Below, piece by piece: positions 30,756-41,795 of a DNA stretch of 64,000 nucleotides (positions are counted from its first letter, which is position 1; each line of letters opens with the position of its first letter). Position numbers and translations under genes: made by a program. The notes under the pieces were generated by a model. That model saw nothing but the letters and a program-made list of their open reading frames with translations. It was not told the DNA's origin and made no database searches. Origin of the DNA: Deltaproteobacteria bacterium (GTDB lineage Bacteria > Myxococcota > Kuafuiibacteriia > Kuafuiibacteriales > Kuafuiibacteriaceae); the NCBI GenBank assembly GCA_040218735.1, contig JAVJQW010000050.1:32001-96000 (forward strand). The letters run 5' to 3'.

Positions 30756-30779
30756 GCACGTCAGACGATAGCACCAGAC

Positions 30780-31529
30780 CTACCCCTCGTCTTCCTCGGG
30801 TGTCGCGCCAGGATCGTAGGCGAGCCGTCCGTCGTCGTAGACCACGAGGACGCGCCCGTACTCGCGCGGCCAGTAGAGCAGAATCCCGTTCATCTTCGCG
30901 CTCCCGAGCGCGCGCTCGACCCACGCTTCGGCGTACGCCAGATCCGGCGCGCGGCTGATGACGGCGATCCCGTAGTCGATCCCCCGAAGGTTCCGGCGCG
31001 TCGTGACCTCGTGACACAGCACCGCGGTGCGGACGTGGCTCGTGAGGATCGCGAGGTCCACGAACCGGAGACCGTCAGGGTTGAGCGGCTCGTCGTCGAA
31101 GTCGTTCGCGGCACGCGCGCGTGTCTGCACGAGCTCGAGGCGCGCCTCTTCGATCCGTTTGTCGACCTTCTCCAGGACCGACTTGCGCGGCGCGAGCGAC
31201 TCCTCCTCGAGCATCCGCTTCGTGCGCGGGCGCGCGTTCTTCATGATCGTCTGCAGCCGCTCCGTCAGCTCCAGGACGCGGTGGGCGCCCTGCAGCACGG
31301 CGCACGCGACGATCAGGCGCGACAGGTACTCCCGCTCGTTCGGCGCGGGGCCGAAGCGCGCGAGGATCTGCGTGGGCCGCCACTCGATGTCGTTGCGGAG
31401 CGGATCGAGATCCGCCTTGGTGACCTTGCGCGGCGGGAGCTGCATCTCTCCGCGCGCGCGCGGCGGCGGCGGCGAGTGCGCCACCGACCGCATGTAGTTC
31501 CAGAGTTTGTGTTTGCGCCCGCGGCTCAT
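30780..31529 (-). CDS. Hypothetical protein
   Basis: Host-like codon bias; start overlaps the upstream stop (ATGA). Confidence 0.65.
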   Translation of the reverse strand: MSRGRKHKLWNYMRSVAHSPPPPRARGEMQLPPRKVTKADLDPLRNDIEWRPTQILARFGPAPNEREYLSRLIVACAVLQGAHRVLELTERLQTIMKNARPRTKRMLEEESLAPRKSVLEKVDKRIEEARLELVQTRARAANDFDDEPLNPDGLRFVDLAILTSHVRTAVLCHEVTTRRNLRGIDYGIAVISRAPDLAYAEAWVERALGSAKMNGILLYWPREYGRVLVVYDDGRLAYDPGATPEEDEG

Positions 31530-31774
31530 GAATCGGCGGCGGGTTCCTCACGCTCCTCGTCCAGGCCCGTGACCGAGAGGATCGTGTGGTAGATGCCGAC
31601 GGCGAGCGCGTAGGCGCAGCAGAACGCGACCGCGTACAGCGAGTACTTCAGGCAGAACATCGAGACGGTGGCGAGGCCGTCCATCTCGTACCAGCGGCCG
31701 AGGACGTAGCCCCCGCTCGAGAAGAGCGCGACGGTGGCGATCAGGGCGACGAGGAGGGAGATGAAGCGCGGCAC
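31526..31774 (-). CDS. Small two-TM membrane protein
   Basis: Two hydrophobic segments; coupled to the next gene. Confidence 0.6.
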   Translation of the reverse strand: MPRFISLLVALIATVALFSSGGYVLGRWYEMDGLATVSMFCLKYSLYAVAFCCAYALAVGIYHTILSVTGLDEEREEPAADS

Positions 31775-31820
31775 GACGGAGCGTCAGACTGACGCCGCCG
31801 TGCCGCCCGAGGCAAGGAAA

Positions 31821-34127
31821 TCAGTCGGCGATCTCACACTGCGAGCCGGCTTCCGAGTCGCAAGCGGTGATCACGAACCCGTTCACGAAGTCGAACAGAC
31901 GGTCGAGCGTGGCGCCCGAGCCGAACGTGAAGACGTCCGTGTAGTTGCGATCCGTGCTCATCGTGAGCAGGTACGCGTCCGCGGCGTTCGCGACGATCCC
32001 GCGCGTGGCCGGGATGTCCGGCAGCGTGATCGACGTCTCCGTCGCCGGCGCGTAGACGAGCCACGTGTCGCCGGCAGCGTTCTGCAGCTCGACGCGCGTG
32101 ACCTTCGCCCCGCTGGTGTTCGCCACGCTGACCGTGCCGGCCGACTTGGTGATCGTGCCGGTCGGGTAGCCGAGGAACGAGCCGCCGATCGTCTCGACGT
32201 CCGCGACCGCGCCGTTCACGCGGTGCACGATGGCCGACAGCGACAGGCCACCGCTGTTCGCGATGGAGTCGATGTCGAGCGCGACGGCGAGCATGAAGAC
32301 GTCCGAGCCCTCGATACCCGAGTGCAGCGGCGCCATCGACAGCGGCATCTGACCGTTGTCCAGCGGATCCGAACGCTCGCCGAAGGGCTCCTCGATGCCG
32401 TCGATACGGCAGTCGGCGGTGCCCATGTCCACGACGTCCACGCCGGCCGTCACGCCCAGCGGGACGAGACCACGACCCTCGAGGGCCGCACCGGAGAGGA
32501 GCACCATGCCGCTCGCGCAGCCACCCGCCGGGAGGTCCGGAAGGTTCGGCACGTTGACCGTCGACAGGACCGAGAGGCCCGAGGCGGCCCGCATCGGGAC
32601 CTTGTTGTACTTCGAGAAGTCACCCTGGCAGAGGTCCTCGTCCGCGGCCTGCGCCGGGTCCGAGCAGTCTGCGTTCTGGCCGGGCTTGCTGACCTTCGCG
32701 AAGACGTCCGTCACGATCGACGGGTTCACCGCGTGGTTCAGGCCGCGCAGGAGCGGGAGAACCGCCGTGAGGATCGGTCCGATCTCCAGGTCGCCGCCGT
32801 CGCCGCCGAGCACACCCGACAGCTCGTTCGCGATCGAGGTCACCGCCGAGATCTTCAGCTGACCAGCGAGCGCCCAACCGGCGCCGGGGCCCTCGGGCGA
32901 ACGCGCGAGGAAGCAGCCGAGCTCGTTCGCGCCGGGCATGTCGCCCTGGCAGCGGGTCTCGTCCGCCATGAACTGCTGCGAGCCGAGGCCGAGCATCAGG
33001 CCCGCGGGCAGATCCTCTTCGACGTCGAGCATGAGCTGGCTCGCGTTGATGCGCGTCGGGACGAAGTCACCGATGAGCGACTCCAGACCGAAGTCGAGGA
33101 GGTTGCTCGGGATGGCCGGGCCGACGAGGCCGAGCTGGATGTCGAGGTTCTCGGTGGCCGACAGGTCGACCGATCCGCGGAAGCCGCCCGCGACCGTCTC
33201 GTCCGCGATGCGGGGCAACGGGATGAAGACGTCGTTGGTGCCGGGCGAGAGGATCGTGACCGTCTGCCAGCCCGCCTTCACGACGGTGACCGCGCGGGGC
33301 ATCGTGCCCGCGCCGACGCTGACGGTGGCCGCGCCGTTCGCCGCGGTGGACGCGGTGAGCGTGCCGCCCGCGTCGACGATGACGTTCGCCTGGCCGACCG
33401 GGCTGCCGTCGTCATCCGCGACGACGACCACGCGGACGTCCGTCGCGCCGACGTTCGGGAAGTTCGAGATCGACACACTGCGCGTGCAGTCGACGCTCGT
33501 GCCCGACGGCTTCGCCGTGAGCGAGGCGGTCGCCTCGACGGTCCCACCGACGGCGTCCTGGTCCTCGATGCCGACGGCATCGGGGGCGCTGGAGGTCCAG
33601 TCGTACGGGATGCCCGCGAGGACCTTGCCGTTGCTGTTGTAGGAGACCGCTTCGAGCGTGATGCGCGCGCCCTGACGGATCGCGGTGTCGCGCGTCACGA
33701 CCTCGCAGCTCGCGACGTCGCTCGTCGCGAACGGCGGCTGGCAGGCGCCGTCACGGCAGACGTCGCCGGCGGTGCACTCGCTGTCCACCTGGCAAATCGG
33801 AACCTTGCAGGTCTTCTCGAGGCTGCACACCTTGGGGGCGTCGCAGTCGTTGTCGTTGGCGCAGGTGACCTTGATGCAGGTCGAGGCCGGCTTGTCGGCG
33901 TCGTACAGGTCGTCGCCGTCGATGTTGCAGATGCTGCCCGGCTGGCAGTTGATCGTGAACACGCAGCAGTCGCCGTCCTGTTGGACGGCCGCAGCGTCTT
34001 CGTTGGCGAGGCAAACCCCGCCGTCGTCGTCGCTTCCGCCGCTACAGGCAAATCCAGTGATGGCCATCATGCCCACGACGATTGTGCGCGCGACGGCTTC
34101 GTTCCTCTTCAACCCAGTTTTGACCAT
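31821..34127 (-). CDS. Cys-rich lipoprotein with Ig/carboxypeptidase-regulatory-like domains
   Basis: Lipobox GFAC; CxxDxDC repeats; beta-rich body; strong codon bias. Confidence 0.8.
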   Translation of the reverse strand: MVKTGLKRNEAVARTIVVGMMAITGFACSGGSDDDGGVCLANEDAAAVQQDGDCCVFTINCQPGSICNIDGDDLYDADKPASTCIKVTCANDNDCDAPKVCSLEKTCKVPICQVDSECTAGDVCRDGACQPPFATSDVASCEVVTRDTAIRQGARITLEAVSYNSNGKVLAGIPYDWTSSAPDAVGIEDQDAVGGTVEATASLTAKPSGTSVDCTRSVSISNFPNVGATDVRVVVVADDDGSPVGQANVIVDAGGTLTASTAANGAATVSVGAGTMPRAVTVVKAGWQTVTILSPGTNDVFIPLPRIADETVAGGFRGSVDLSATENLDIQLGLVGPAIPSNLLDFGLESLIGDFVPTRINASQLMLDVEEDLPAGLMLGLGSQQFMADETRCQGDMPGANELGCFLARSPEGPGAGWALAGQLKISAVTSIANELSGVLGGDGGDLEIGPILTAVLPLLRGLNHAVNPSIVTDVFAKVSKPGQNADCSDPAQAADEDLCQGDFSKYNKVPMRAASGLSVLSTVNVPNLPDLPAGGCASGMVLLSGAALEGRGLVPLGVTAGVDVVDMGTADCRIDGIEEPFGERSDPLDNGQMPLSMAPLHSGIEGSDVFMLAVALDIDSIANSGGLSLSAIVHRVNGAVADVETIGGSFLGYPTGTITKSAGTVSVANTSGAKVTRVELQNAAGDTWLVYAPATETSITLPDIPATRGIVANAADAYLLTMSTDRNYTDVFTFGSGATLDRLFDFVNGFVITACDSEAGSQCEIAD

Positions 34128-34320
34128 TATCGATGTGGCTCCATGTGGACCGCGTGGTCGCGGCTCCCGAACGGTAGTACGAGGGGCGCACAGTTAGCTC
34201 GGGGCTGATTGCTCCGTCAACCGACCATCCGCCCGAGTACAGATCGTCAACCCCTGAGCGCGCAGGACGCCCGCCACGCCATACCGGTATCCGCGCCCGC
34301 TCCGGCGGACGTGTCCGCGC

Positions 34321-34926
34321 TCACCACTTCGGCTTCTTGGATTTCCAGCGATCCTGCTTGCGGTCCCCGTACCCGTAGGTCCGCGGCTTCGGGGCGTCGG
34401 GATCGTCGATCAGCGCGGTCGGCGTCGGCCGCGGGCCGGGCGGCCCCGAGAGGTCCAGCGGCGCCTTGCGGGGCATCGCGGCGAACCGCTCCGCGGCCCG
34501 GACCACCGCGGCCCGGACGTCGTCCGACGGGATCTGCTCCGCCCACGCGGCGATCCGCGCCTTGGCCTCGCGGCTGAGGGGTTTGGGTTTGGGCGGCGGC
34601 TCGGGGCGCGGCATCAGCGGTCCGAGGCGGAAACGGACCTCGCGGATCAGATCCCGGCCCAGGAGCCCGTTGAGGCGCTTCTTGATCTGCGGCGCGAGGA
34701 ACGACAGCTCGGTCATCCACGCCGACTCCGCGACCTGGAGGGTGAGGACACCTTTGCGAAACAGGACGGGATCGGCCTGGTCGACGATCGGCGGCCCGAT
34801 CTTGGTGAACGCCGTGAAGACACGGAGCGCGTGCGACTTCGGCCCGCGGCGCGGGTCGGGGTTCGTGGACGCGAGCACCCGGGAGACGACGTCCCCCGCC
34901 GCATCGAGCTTGCCCTTCCTCCGCAC
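34321..34926 (-). CDS. DUF721/DciA-family protein
   Basis: GVLTLQVAESAWMTELSFLAPQIKKRLN...IREVRF. Confidence 0.75.
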   Translation of the reverse strand: MRRKGKLDAAGDVVSRVLASTNPDPRRGPKSHALRVFTAFTKIGPPIVDQADPVLFRKGVLTLQVAESAWMTELSFLAPQIKKRLNGLLGRDLIREVRFRLGPLMPRPEPPPKPKPLSREAKARIAAWAEQIPSDDVRAAVVRAAERFAAMPRKAPLDLSGPPGPRPTPTALIDDPDAPKPRTYGYGDRKQDRWKSKKPKW

Positions 34927-34955
34927 GCCGAAGCGCAGCGTAGCGAACGCTGCGG

Positions 34956-35486
34956 CTACTTGTCAGCCTGATCCGCGAGGTAGCGCTCGACGCCGTTCGC
35001 GACCGCCAAGAGGTTGGGCGTCATCAGCTGCACCACGAACTTCTCGACGTGGGGCGCGACCTTGCCCGCCAGGAATCGCGGGACCCCTGGGATGCCCTTC
35101 AGGCTGACCTCGAGCTCCCCGCGGATCTCGAAGATGCAGCCGTCCCCGTCCTCGCGGACCGTGTTCTTGCCCCAGCACTTCACGTTCTCGGTGAACATCT
35201 TGGTCTCGATCCGCCAGTCCACAGTACGCGCGTCGGCGTCCCAGGTGGCGTGATCGAGCCACGCGAGCATCTCCGGCTTGATGATCTTCTCCGCGATCGC
35301 CGGGATCTCCGTGCTCGCTTCCCACAGGTTCAAGATCTTGGTGGTGGATCCCTCGTCGGATCGCTCCTGCACGGTGATCGCCTTGATGTCGGGGAGATAG
35401 GGGCACAGCTCGGGGAGCCGATCGCGATAGGTCTCGAACACGAGGTCGCGCCCGAAGTTCATCTTGGCGTCGGCTTCCAGCTTCAT
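34956..35486 (-). CDS. START/SRPBCC-like (DUF2505-like) protein
   Basis: Helix-grip pattern, 176 aa, C-terminal helix. Confidence 0.6.
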   Translation of the reverse strand: MKLEADAKMNFGRDLVFETYRDRLPELCPYLPDIKAITVQERSDEGSTTKILNLWEASTEIPAIAEKIIKPEMLAWLDHATWDADARTVDWRIETKMFTENVKCWGKNTVREDGDGCIFEIRGELEVSLKGIPGVPRFLAGKVAPHVEKFVVQLMTPNLLAVANGVERYLADQADK

Positions 35487-35575
35487 CGCCGCGGATCATT
35501 CGTATGGGCCCCGCTTTTGGGCAAGTCGAAAAGGGCGTTGATTCGGTCGCCGCGGGCGGGTATGAGCGCCGCGTC

Positions 35576-37204
35576 GTGGAAGGCATCTACCTGTCCCTAC
35601 TGATCTTCCTGCCCGTCCTCGGCGCGCTCGGCTGCGCGCTGATCCCGGCTTCCCAAAAGAAGCTGGTCCGCATGCTCGGGATGGGCGTCGTCACCGTGAA
35701 CCTGCTGCTCTGCATCGGGCTGTGGGCGCGGTTCGACAACACGACGACGGACATGCAGTTCATGACCCGCATCGTCTGGATCGGGTCGTTCAACATCGAG
35801 TACTTCATCGGTGTCGACCAGATCTCCTTCTGGATGATCGTCATCACCGGTGTGGTCGCGTTCATGGCGGCCATCTCGAGCCTCTCCATCGACAAGAGCG
35901 TGCGCGGCTACTGGGCGATGTACCTGCTCCTCAACGCGGGCATGTACGGCGTCTTCGTCGCGATGGACTTCTTCCTCTTCTACATCTTCTGGGAGGTCAT
36001 GCTCCTCCCGATGTACTTCCTGATCGGGATCTGGGGCGGCCCGCGCAAGGAGTACGCGGCGATCAAGTTCTTCCTGTACACGCTCGCGGGATCGGTCTTC
36101 ATGCTCCTGTGCCTGATCGCGCTGTACTACGGCACGGACGCCGAGGTGCTCGCGGCCAAGTTCCCCGACTTCGCCGTCGCCGGGATGGCCGCCACGAAGG
36201 ACGGCATGTTCCAGCTCGCGGACGGCACGCTCGCGGAGCACACCTTCAACCTCCAGGTGATCACGAAGCTCGCGGAGACCGGGCACTGGGCGAACATGTC
36301 GCCGATCCTCGGCCTGCCCTTCACGAAGATCGTGTGGGTCGCGCTCTTCATCGGCTTCGCGATCAAGGTGCCGATGTTCCCGTTCCACACCTGGCTCCCG
36401 GACGCGCACGTCGAGGCGCCCACGCCGGTGTCCGCGATCCTCGCCGGCGTGCTCCTGAAGATGGGCACCTACGGCATCCTGCGCTTCAACTACGGCATCC
36501 TCCCCGACGCCACGGTCTGGGCGGCGACGGGCATGGCGCTGTTCGGGATGATCAACATCGTCTACGCGGCGTTCGTCTGCCTCGCGCAGAAGGACCTCAA
36601 GAAGATCATCGCGTACTCGTCCGTCAGCCACATGGGCTTCGTGCTCCTCGGCTTCGCGGCGCTCACCAAACAAGGCATGGCCGGCGCGTACTTCCAGATG
36701 ATCTCGCACGGGATCGTCTCGCCGATGCTCTTCCTCTGCGTCGGCGTCATCTACGACCGCGCCCACACGCGTGACGTCGAAGCGTTCGGCGGGCTCGCCG
36801 CGAAGATGCCGGAGTACGCCGGGCTGACCGGCCTCGCGTTCTTCGCGTCGCTCGGTCTACCGGGGCTCGCCGGGTTCATCGGCGAAGCGCTGGTGTTCCT
36901 CGGCGCGTTCCAGAAGTTCACCGTGTTCACGATGGTGAGCGTCACCAGCGTCATCATCACCGCGGCGTATTACCTGTGGACCATGCAGCGGGTGTTCCTC
37001 GGGAAGTTCAACGAGGCGTGGGAGGGGCACCTGCCCGGCCTGACGTTCCGCGAGCGATCCCTGCTCTACCCGCTCGCGATCATGACGATCGTGCTCGGTG
37101 TCTTCCCGATGTTCGTGTTCGACTACATGAACCAGGGCCTGTACGCGCTCATCGACAACACCGCGAACACGGCGGCGATGATCATGAAGGTCGCTGGGCT
37201 CTAG
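35576..37204 (+). CDS. nuoM: NADH-quinone oxidoreductase subunit M
   Basis: FYIFWEVMLLPMY, HTWLPDAHVEAP, LLKMGTYG, IAYSSVSHMG. GTG 35576 follows TTGATT-N17-TATGAG. Confidence 0.93.
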   Translation: MEGIYLSLLIFLPVLGALGCALIPASQKKLVRMLGMGVVTVNLLLCIGLWARFDNTTTDMQFMTRIVWIGSFNIEYFIGVDQISFWMIVITGVVAFMAAISSLSIDKSVRGYWAMYLLLNAGMYGVFVAMDFFLFYIFWEVMLLPMYFLIGIWGGPRKEYAAIKFFLYTLAGSVFMLLCLIALYYGTDAEVLAAKFPDFAVAGMAATKDGMFQLADGTLAEHTFNLQVITKLAETGHWANMSPILGLPFTKIVWVALFIGFAIKVPMFPFHTWLPDAHVEAPTPVSAILAGVLLKMGTYGILRFNYGILPDATVWAATGMALFGMINIVYAAFVCLAQKDLKKIIAYSSVSHMGFVLLGFAALTKQGMAGAYFQMISHGIVSPMLFLCVGVIYDRAHTRDVEAFGGLAAKMPEYAGLTGLAFFASLGLPGLAGFIGEALVFLGAFQKFTVFTMVSVTSVIITAAYYLWTMQRVFLGKFNEAWEGHLPGLTFRERSLLYPLAIMTIVLGVFPMFVFDYMNQGLYALIDNTANTAAMIMKVAGL

Positions 37205-37394
37205 CTGGCAGCTCGCAGCCTTCAGCTCGCAGCCTTCAGCTCGCAGCCGGACGCGCGCTCGACGGCGTCCCGATCGACCTCTCCTACGCGAACCACCGCC
37301 TCGCTTTCGATCGTACCTCGACGGTCCGAAGCGCCTCGTTGCGCCCGCCCGAAGCACGCTCTGGCTGTCGGCTGAAAGCTGCGAGCTGCAAGCT
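37203..37394. repeat. Inverted heptamer-microsatellite arms around a ~114-bp spacer
   Basis: Left arm 37203-37248 (CAGCTCG/CAGCCTT units); right arm 37363-37394 is its reverse complement at 27/32. Confidence 0.8.
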
Positions 37395-37401
37395 CTTTTA
37401 A

Positions 37402-38940
<1,539 letters not shown>

Positions 38941-38943
38941 GTC

Positions 38944-39348
38944 ATGCCGATTCAGCTCGCCATCGTGACGCCATCGGCCGAGGCCCTGGCGATCGGGTGC
39001 GACGAAGTCGTCGCGCCCGGCGTCAACGGCGAGATCGGCCTGCTCGCCGGGCACGTCCCGCTGATCACCGCGCTCAAGAGCGGCGTGCTCACCGTGGTCG
39101 AGGGCTCGAAGAAGCGGTTCTTCGCCGTCGCGCCCGGCTTCGCCGAGATCGAGGGGGACACGGTCACGATCCTCACGGACGCCTGCGAGGCGGCCGAGGA
39201 CGTGGACGTGGAGCGCGCCAAGCGCGCCCTCCTCGACGCCGAGGCCAAGCTCGGTGACCTCGGGTCGGAAGACCCGGGCCACCACGCCGCGGTGCGCCGC
39301 CTCGAACGCGCCCGCGCCCGCATCGACGCCGTCGCCCGCCGCTCCTGA
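38944..39348 (+). CDS. atpC: F1 ATP synthase epsilon subunit
   Basis: IVTP...GEIGLLAGHVPLIT, DVERA; directly after atpD. Confidence 0.93.
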   Translation: MPIQLAIVTPSAEALAIGCDEVVAPGVNGEIGLLAGHVPLITALKSGVLTVVEGSKKRFFAVAPGFAEIEGDTVTILTDACEAAEDVDVERAKRALLDAEAKLGDLGSEDPGHHAAVRRLERARARIDAVARRS

Positions 39349-39412
39349 TCTCGCGCGGCCGCGCTGCGCATCGCTTCGCGCCTTTGCGTGGCCTGTCGTA
39401 GTCTCCCCTCGC

Positions 39413-39742
39413 TTGCTCTTCGGAATCATCGTCGCGGTCCTCGTGGTCGCGATCGTCGTCTCCGGCCTCGTGCTGGTGCAGGCACTCTCGTCGAACCTGG
39501 CGGAGCACGAGCGTCTGCGGATGCGCGCCATCGCGGAGCTCGCGCAGTCGCGCGGAGGGCGGGTGACGCCGCTCCTCGTCGCCGAGCACCTCGACGTCAC
39601 GCCGATGGAGGCGGACCGTCTGCTCCGCGCGATGGTGGACGACGAGCACCTGTTGATGGGGATCGACGACCAGGAGGGCGTGCTCGTATTCGAGTTCCCG
39701 AAGCTGAGCTCGGGGCGCGGGCAGTCGACGGCGCGTCGATAA
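39413..39742 (+). CDS. Small membrane-anchored protein with winged-helix-like domain (start uncertain)
   Basis: TM segment, then GGRVTPLLVAEHLDVTPMEADRLL...GVLVFEFP. Confidence 0.6.
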   Translation: MLFGIIVAVLVVAIVVSGLVLVQALSSNLAEHERLRMRAIAELAQSRGGRVTPLLVAEHLDVTPMEADRLLRAMVDDEHLLMGIDDQEGVLVFEFPKLSSGRGQSTARR

Positions 39743-40706
39743 CCGAGCCCCGCGCGTCGAGGCCGAGTCGGCGTATGAGTCCGTAGAGCGTGGAGCGGCC
39801 GACGCCGAGCCGCTGCGCCGCGCGCTCGACGCTCCCCGCTTCTTCGAGCGCACCGGCGATGACGATCCGCTGAAACGCGGCCGTGATCGTCTCGAGGCTC
39901 CGTTCGGGCGTGGCGCGAAACGCCCGAAAGTGGCGTGGCTCGATGCCTGCGGCGGCGGGGTCGTCGTGCGCGTCGAAGTACGCGCCGATGACGGCCGCGC
40001 GGAGCTGACGCACGTTCCCGGGCCAACGCTGCGTCGTGAGCATCACGACGGACGCCGGCGACAGCTCGAGCCGACGTGTCACGCCCGGTGAACGCGCAAA
40101 CGTCGCAGCGAACCGGTGCGCGAGCGCCGCGACGTCGGCGGGGCGTTCGGCGAGGCCCGGTATCTCGATCCGCACCTCGAAGAGCCGGTGGAGGAGATCC
40201 TCGCGGAACGTTCCCGCGAGCGCAGACGCGTGAAGATCGCGGTGCGTCGCGGTGATCAGCCGGACGTCGACGCGCACTTCGGCCCGGGCGCCGATCGGAC
40301 GAAAGCAGCCCGTTTGGATCACTCGCAGCAACTTGGCTTGCGCGCCGGGCGGGAGCTCCGCGATCTCGTCGAGGAAGAGCGTCCCGCCGTCGGCCTCCGC
40401 AAAGACACCTCGACGATCGACGTGCGCGGTCGAGTGGCCGCCCGCGCACGCACCGAACAGCTCGCTCTCGATCAAGGCCTCGGGGAGGCTCGCGCAGTTC
40501 AAGGTGACGAAGGGTCGCTCGCGACGTTCGCTGCTGCGGTGCAGGTGCTCGGCGAGCAAGGACTTGCCCACGCCGGTGGGCCCGGTGAAGAGGACCCGTA
40601 TCGCGTCGAAGCGCGCCACGCGCTCCACGCGGCTCAGCGTGTCGCGCATCGTGTCGCTCTCGGCGACCGGCGGTATCCAGCCGCCGTCGTGGTCTTCGTC
40701 GTGCAC
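39597..40706 (-). CDS. Sigma54-interaction-domain (bEBP) AAA+ regulator with Fis HTH, no sensor domain
   Basis: GPTGVGKS, LNCASL, ESELFG, GGTLFLDEI, FREDL, WPGNVRQL, AAQRLGVGRSTLY. Confidence 0.9.
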   Translation of the reverse strand: MHDEDHDGGWIPPVAESDTMRDTLSRVERVARFDAIRVLFTGPTGVGKSLLAEHLHRSSERRERPFVTLNCASLPEALIESELFGACAGGHSTAHVDRRGVFAEADGGTLFLDEIAELPPGAQAKLLRVIQTGCFRPIGARAEVRVDVRLITATHRDLHASALAGTFREDLLHRLFEVRIEIPGLAERPADVAALAHRFAATFARSPGVTRRLELSPASVVMLTTQRWPGNVRQLRAAVIGAYFDAHDDPAAAGIEPRHFRAFRATPERSLETITAAFQRIVIAGALEEAGSVERAAQRLGVGRSTLYGLIRRLGLDARGSVIDAPSTARAPSSASGTRIRARPPGRRSPSTGARRPPSRGADGPPPSA

Positions 40707-40732
40707 GCGTGCCCCTCGCCCGAGCCCACGCT

Positions 40733-40756
40733 CGGACCGTCCACGTTCCGGGTCGG
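40733..40756. promoter_or_regulatory. Operator-like motif upstream of the bEBP gene
   Basis: CGGACCGTCCACGTTCCGGGTCGG, related to the palindrome at 41741-41768. Confidence 0.45.
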
Positions 40757-40802
40757 GGGCCCCCGAGAGAAGTGCCGCCGATCTTCGTGACTGGGCGGGC
40801 GT

Positions 40803-41741
40803 TCAGCGATCGAACGTTCGATTCGCGTTGGCGAGCGCCCCGGCCGCGAGGTCCGCGACGAGCTCGGCGAGCGCGGGCGTGCGCACTTCGGCCGCGTCAC
40901 CGAGGCCGACGACGAAGCGCGCGACGCCGATCAGCCCAGCGACGCGGCCCTCGACGAGGATGCCCCCGTCGACGTTCTTCGCGACGAGCGGCGGCGGGAG
41001 GTTCGACCCGACCCAGTTTGCTTCCGGAGCTCGGACGAAGAACGCGACTTCGGTGGGTTCGCTGCCGTCGTGGAACCCGTCGATGCTCGCCGCGAGGAAC
41101 GCGTCGACGACGTCTCCGTCGCGAGGACGAAAGGCCTCGCTCGCCTCCCGGTACATCGCGATCCGATCCATGCGGAACCAGCGCAGCGCATCCGTGCGAT
41201 GGCAGACCGCGACGACGCGCACCGCCGGCCCCTGAACGACGCGGAGCACCGACAGCGTGCGCCAGGCGAGATCACCGCGGTGCGACGAGTAGTAGCGAAC
41301 CTCGATCGCTTCACCGCGGTCCATCGCGTCCTCGATGGCTTCGCGGACGCCCTCCTGCTCGGCCTCCGAAACGGGGTGCAGCACGTTTTCGACGAGGTCG
41401 TGGGAAGTCGACGGGACGCAGCGCACGAGTTTGTCGATCAACCGGTCCCGTGCGTCGCCGGGGCGGAGCCGTCGAAGTAGACGAAGGCTGGTGATGGTGT
41501 CTTCGCGTCGCAAGACGACGCCGCCGCCGAACGCGTCCTGCGGGAGGCTCCAGTACACGTGCGGGTGTTCGTGCTCGCGCTCGAACGCCCACCCCCCTTC
41601 GCTGAGCGCGTCGAGCGTCGCGCGGAGGGTGTCCATCGAGACGCTCACGTGCCGACGCAAGTCAGCTTGCTTCCAGGTACGCTGGTCGCTGAACGCTTCG
41701 ATGATCTTGACGATGGTGGCGATCGATTTTCCGCGGGTCAC
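40803..41741 (-). CDS. HTH-WYL-WCX transcriptional regulator
   Basis: N-terminal wHTH; IEVRYYS...RTLS...AVCHRTDALRWFRMDRI; C-terminal VVGLGDAAEVRTP. Confidence 0.88.
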   Translation of the reverse strand: MTRGKSIATIVKIIEAFSDQRTWKQADLRRHVSVSMDTLRATLDALSEGGWAFEREHEHPHVYWSLPQDAFGGGVVLRREDTITSLRLLRRLRPGDARDRLIDKLVRCVPSTSHDLVENVLHPVSEAEQEGVREAIEDAMDRGEAIEVRYYSSHRGDLAWRTLSVLRVVQGPAVRVVAVCHRTDALRWFRMDRIAMYREASEAFRPRDGDVVDAFLAASIDGFHDGSEPTEVAFFVRAPEANWVGSNLPPPLVAKNVDGGILVEGRVAGLIGVARFVVGLGDAAEVRTPALAELVADLAAGALANANRTFDR

Positions 41742-41768
41742 CGGACCATCGAACGTGCGACGGTCCGG
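41741..41768. promoter_or_regulatory. 28-bp palindrome abutting the WYL start codon
   Basis: CCGGACCATCG-AACGTG-CGACGGTCCGG (10/11 arm match). Confidence 0.55.
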
Positions 41769-41795
41769 CCCCGGACGCCACCCCCGCCCCGGAGA

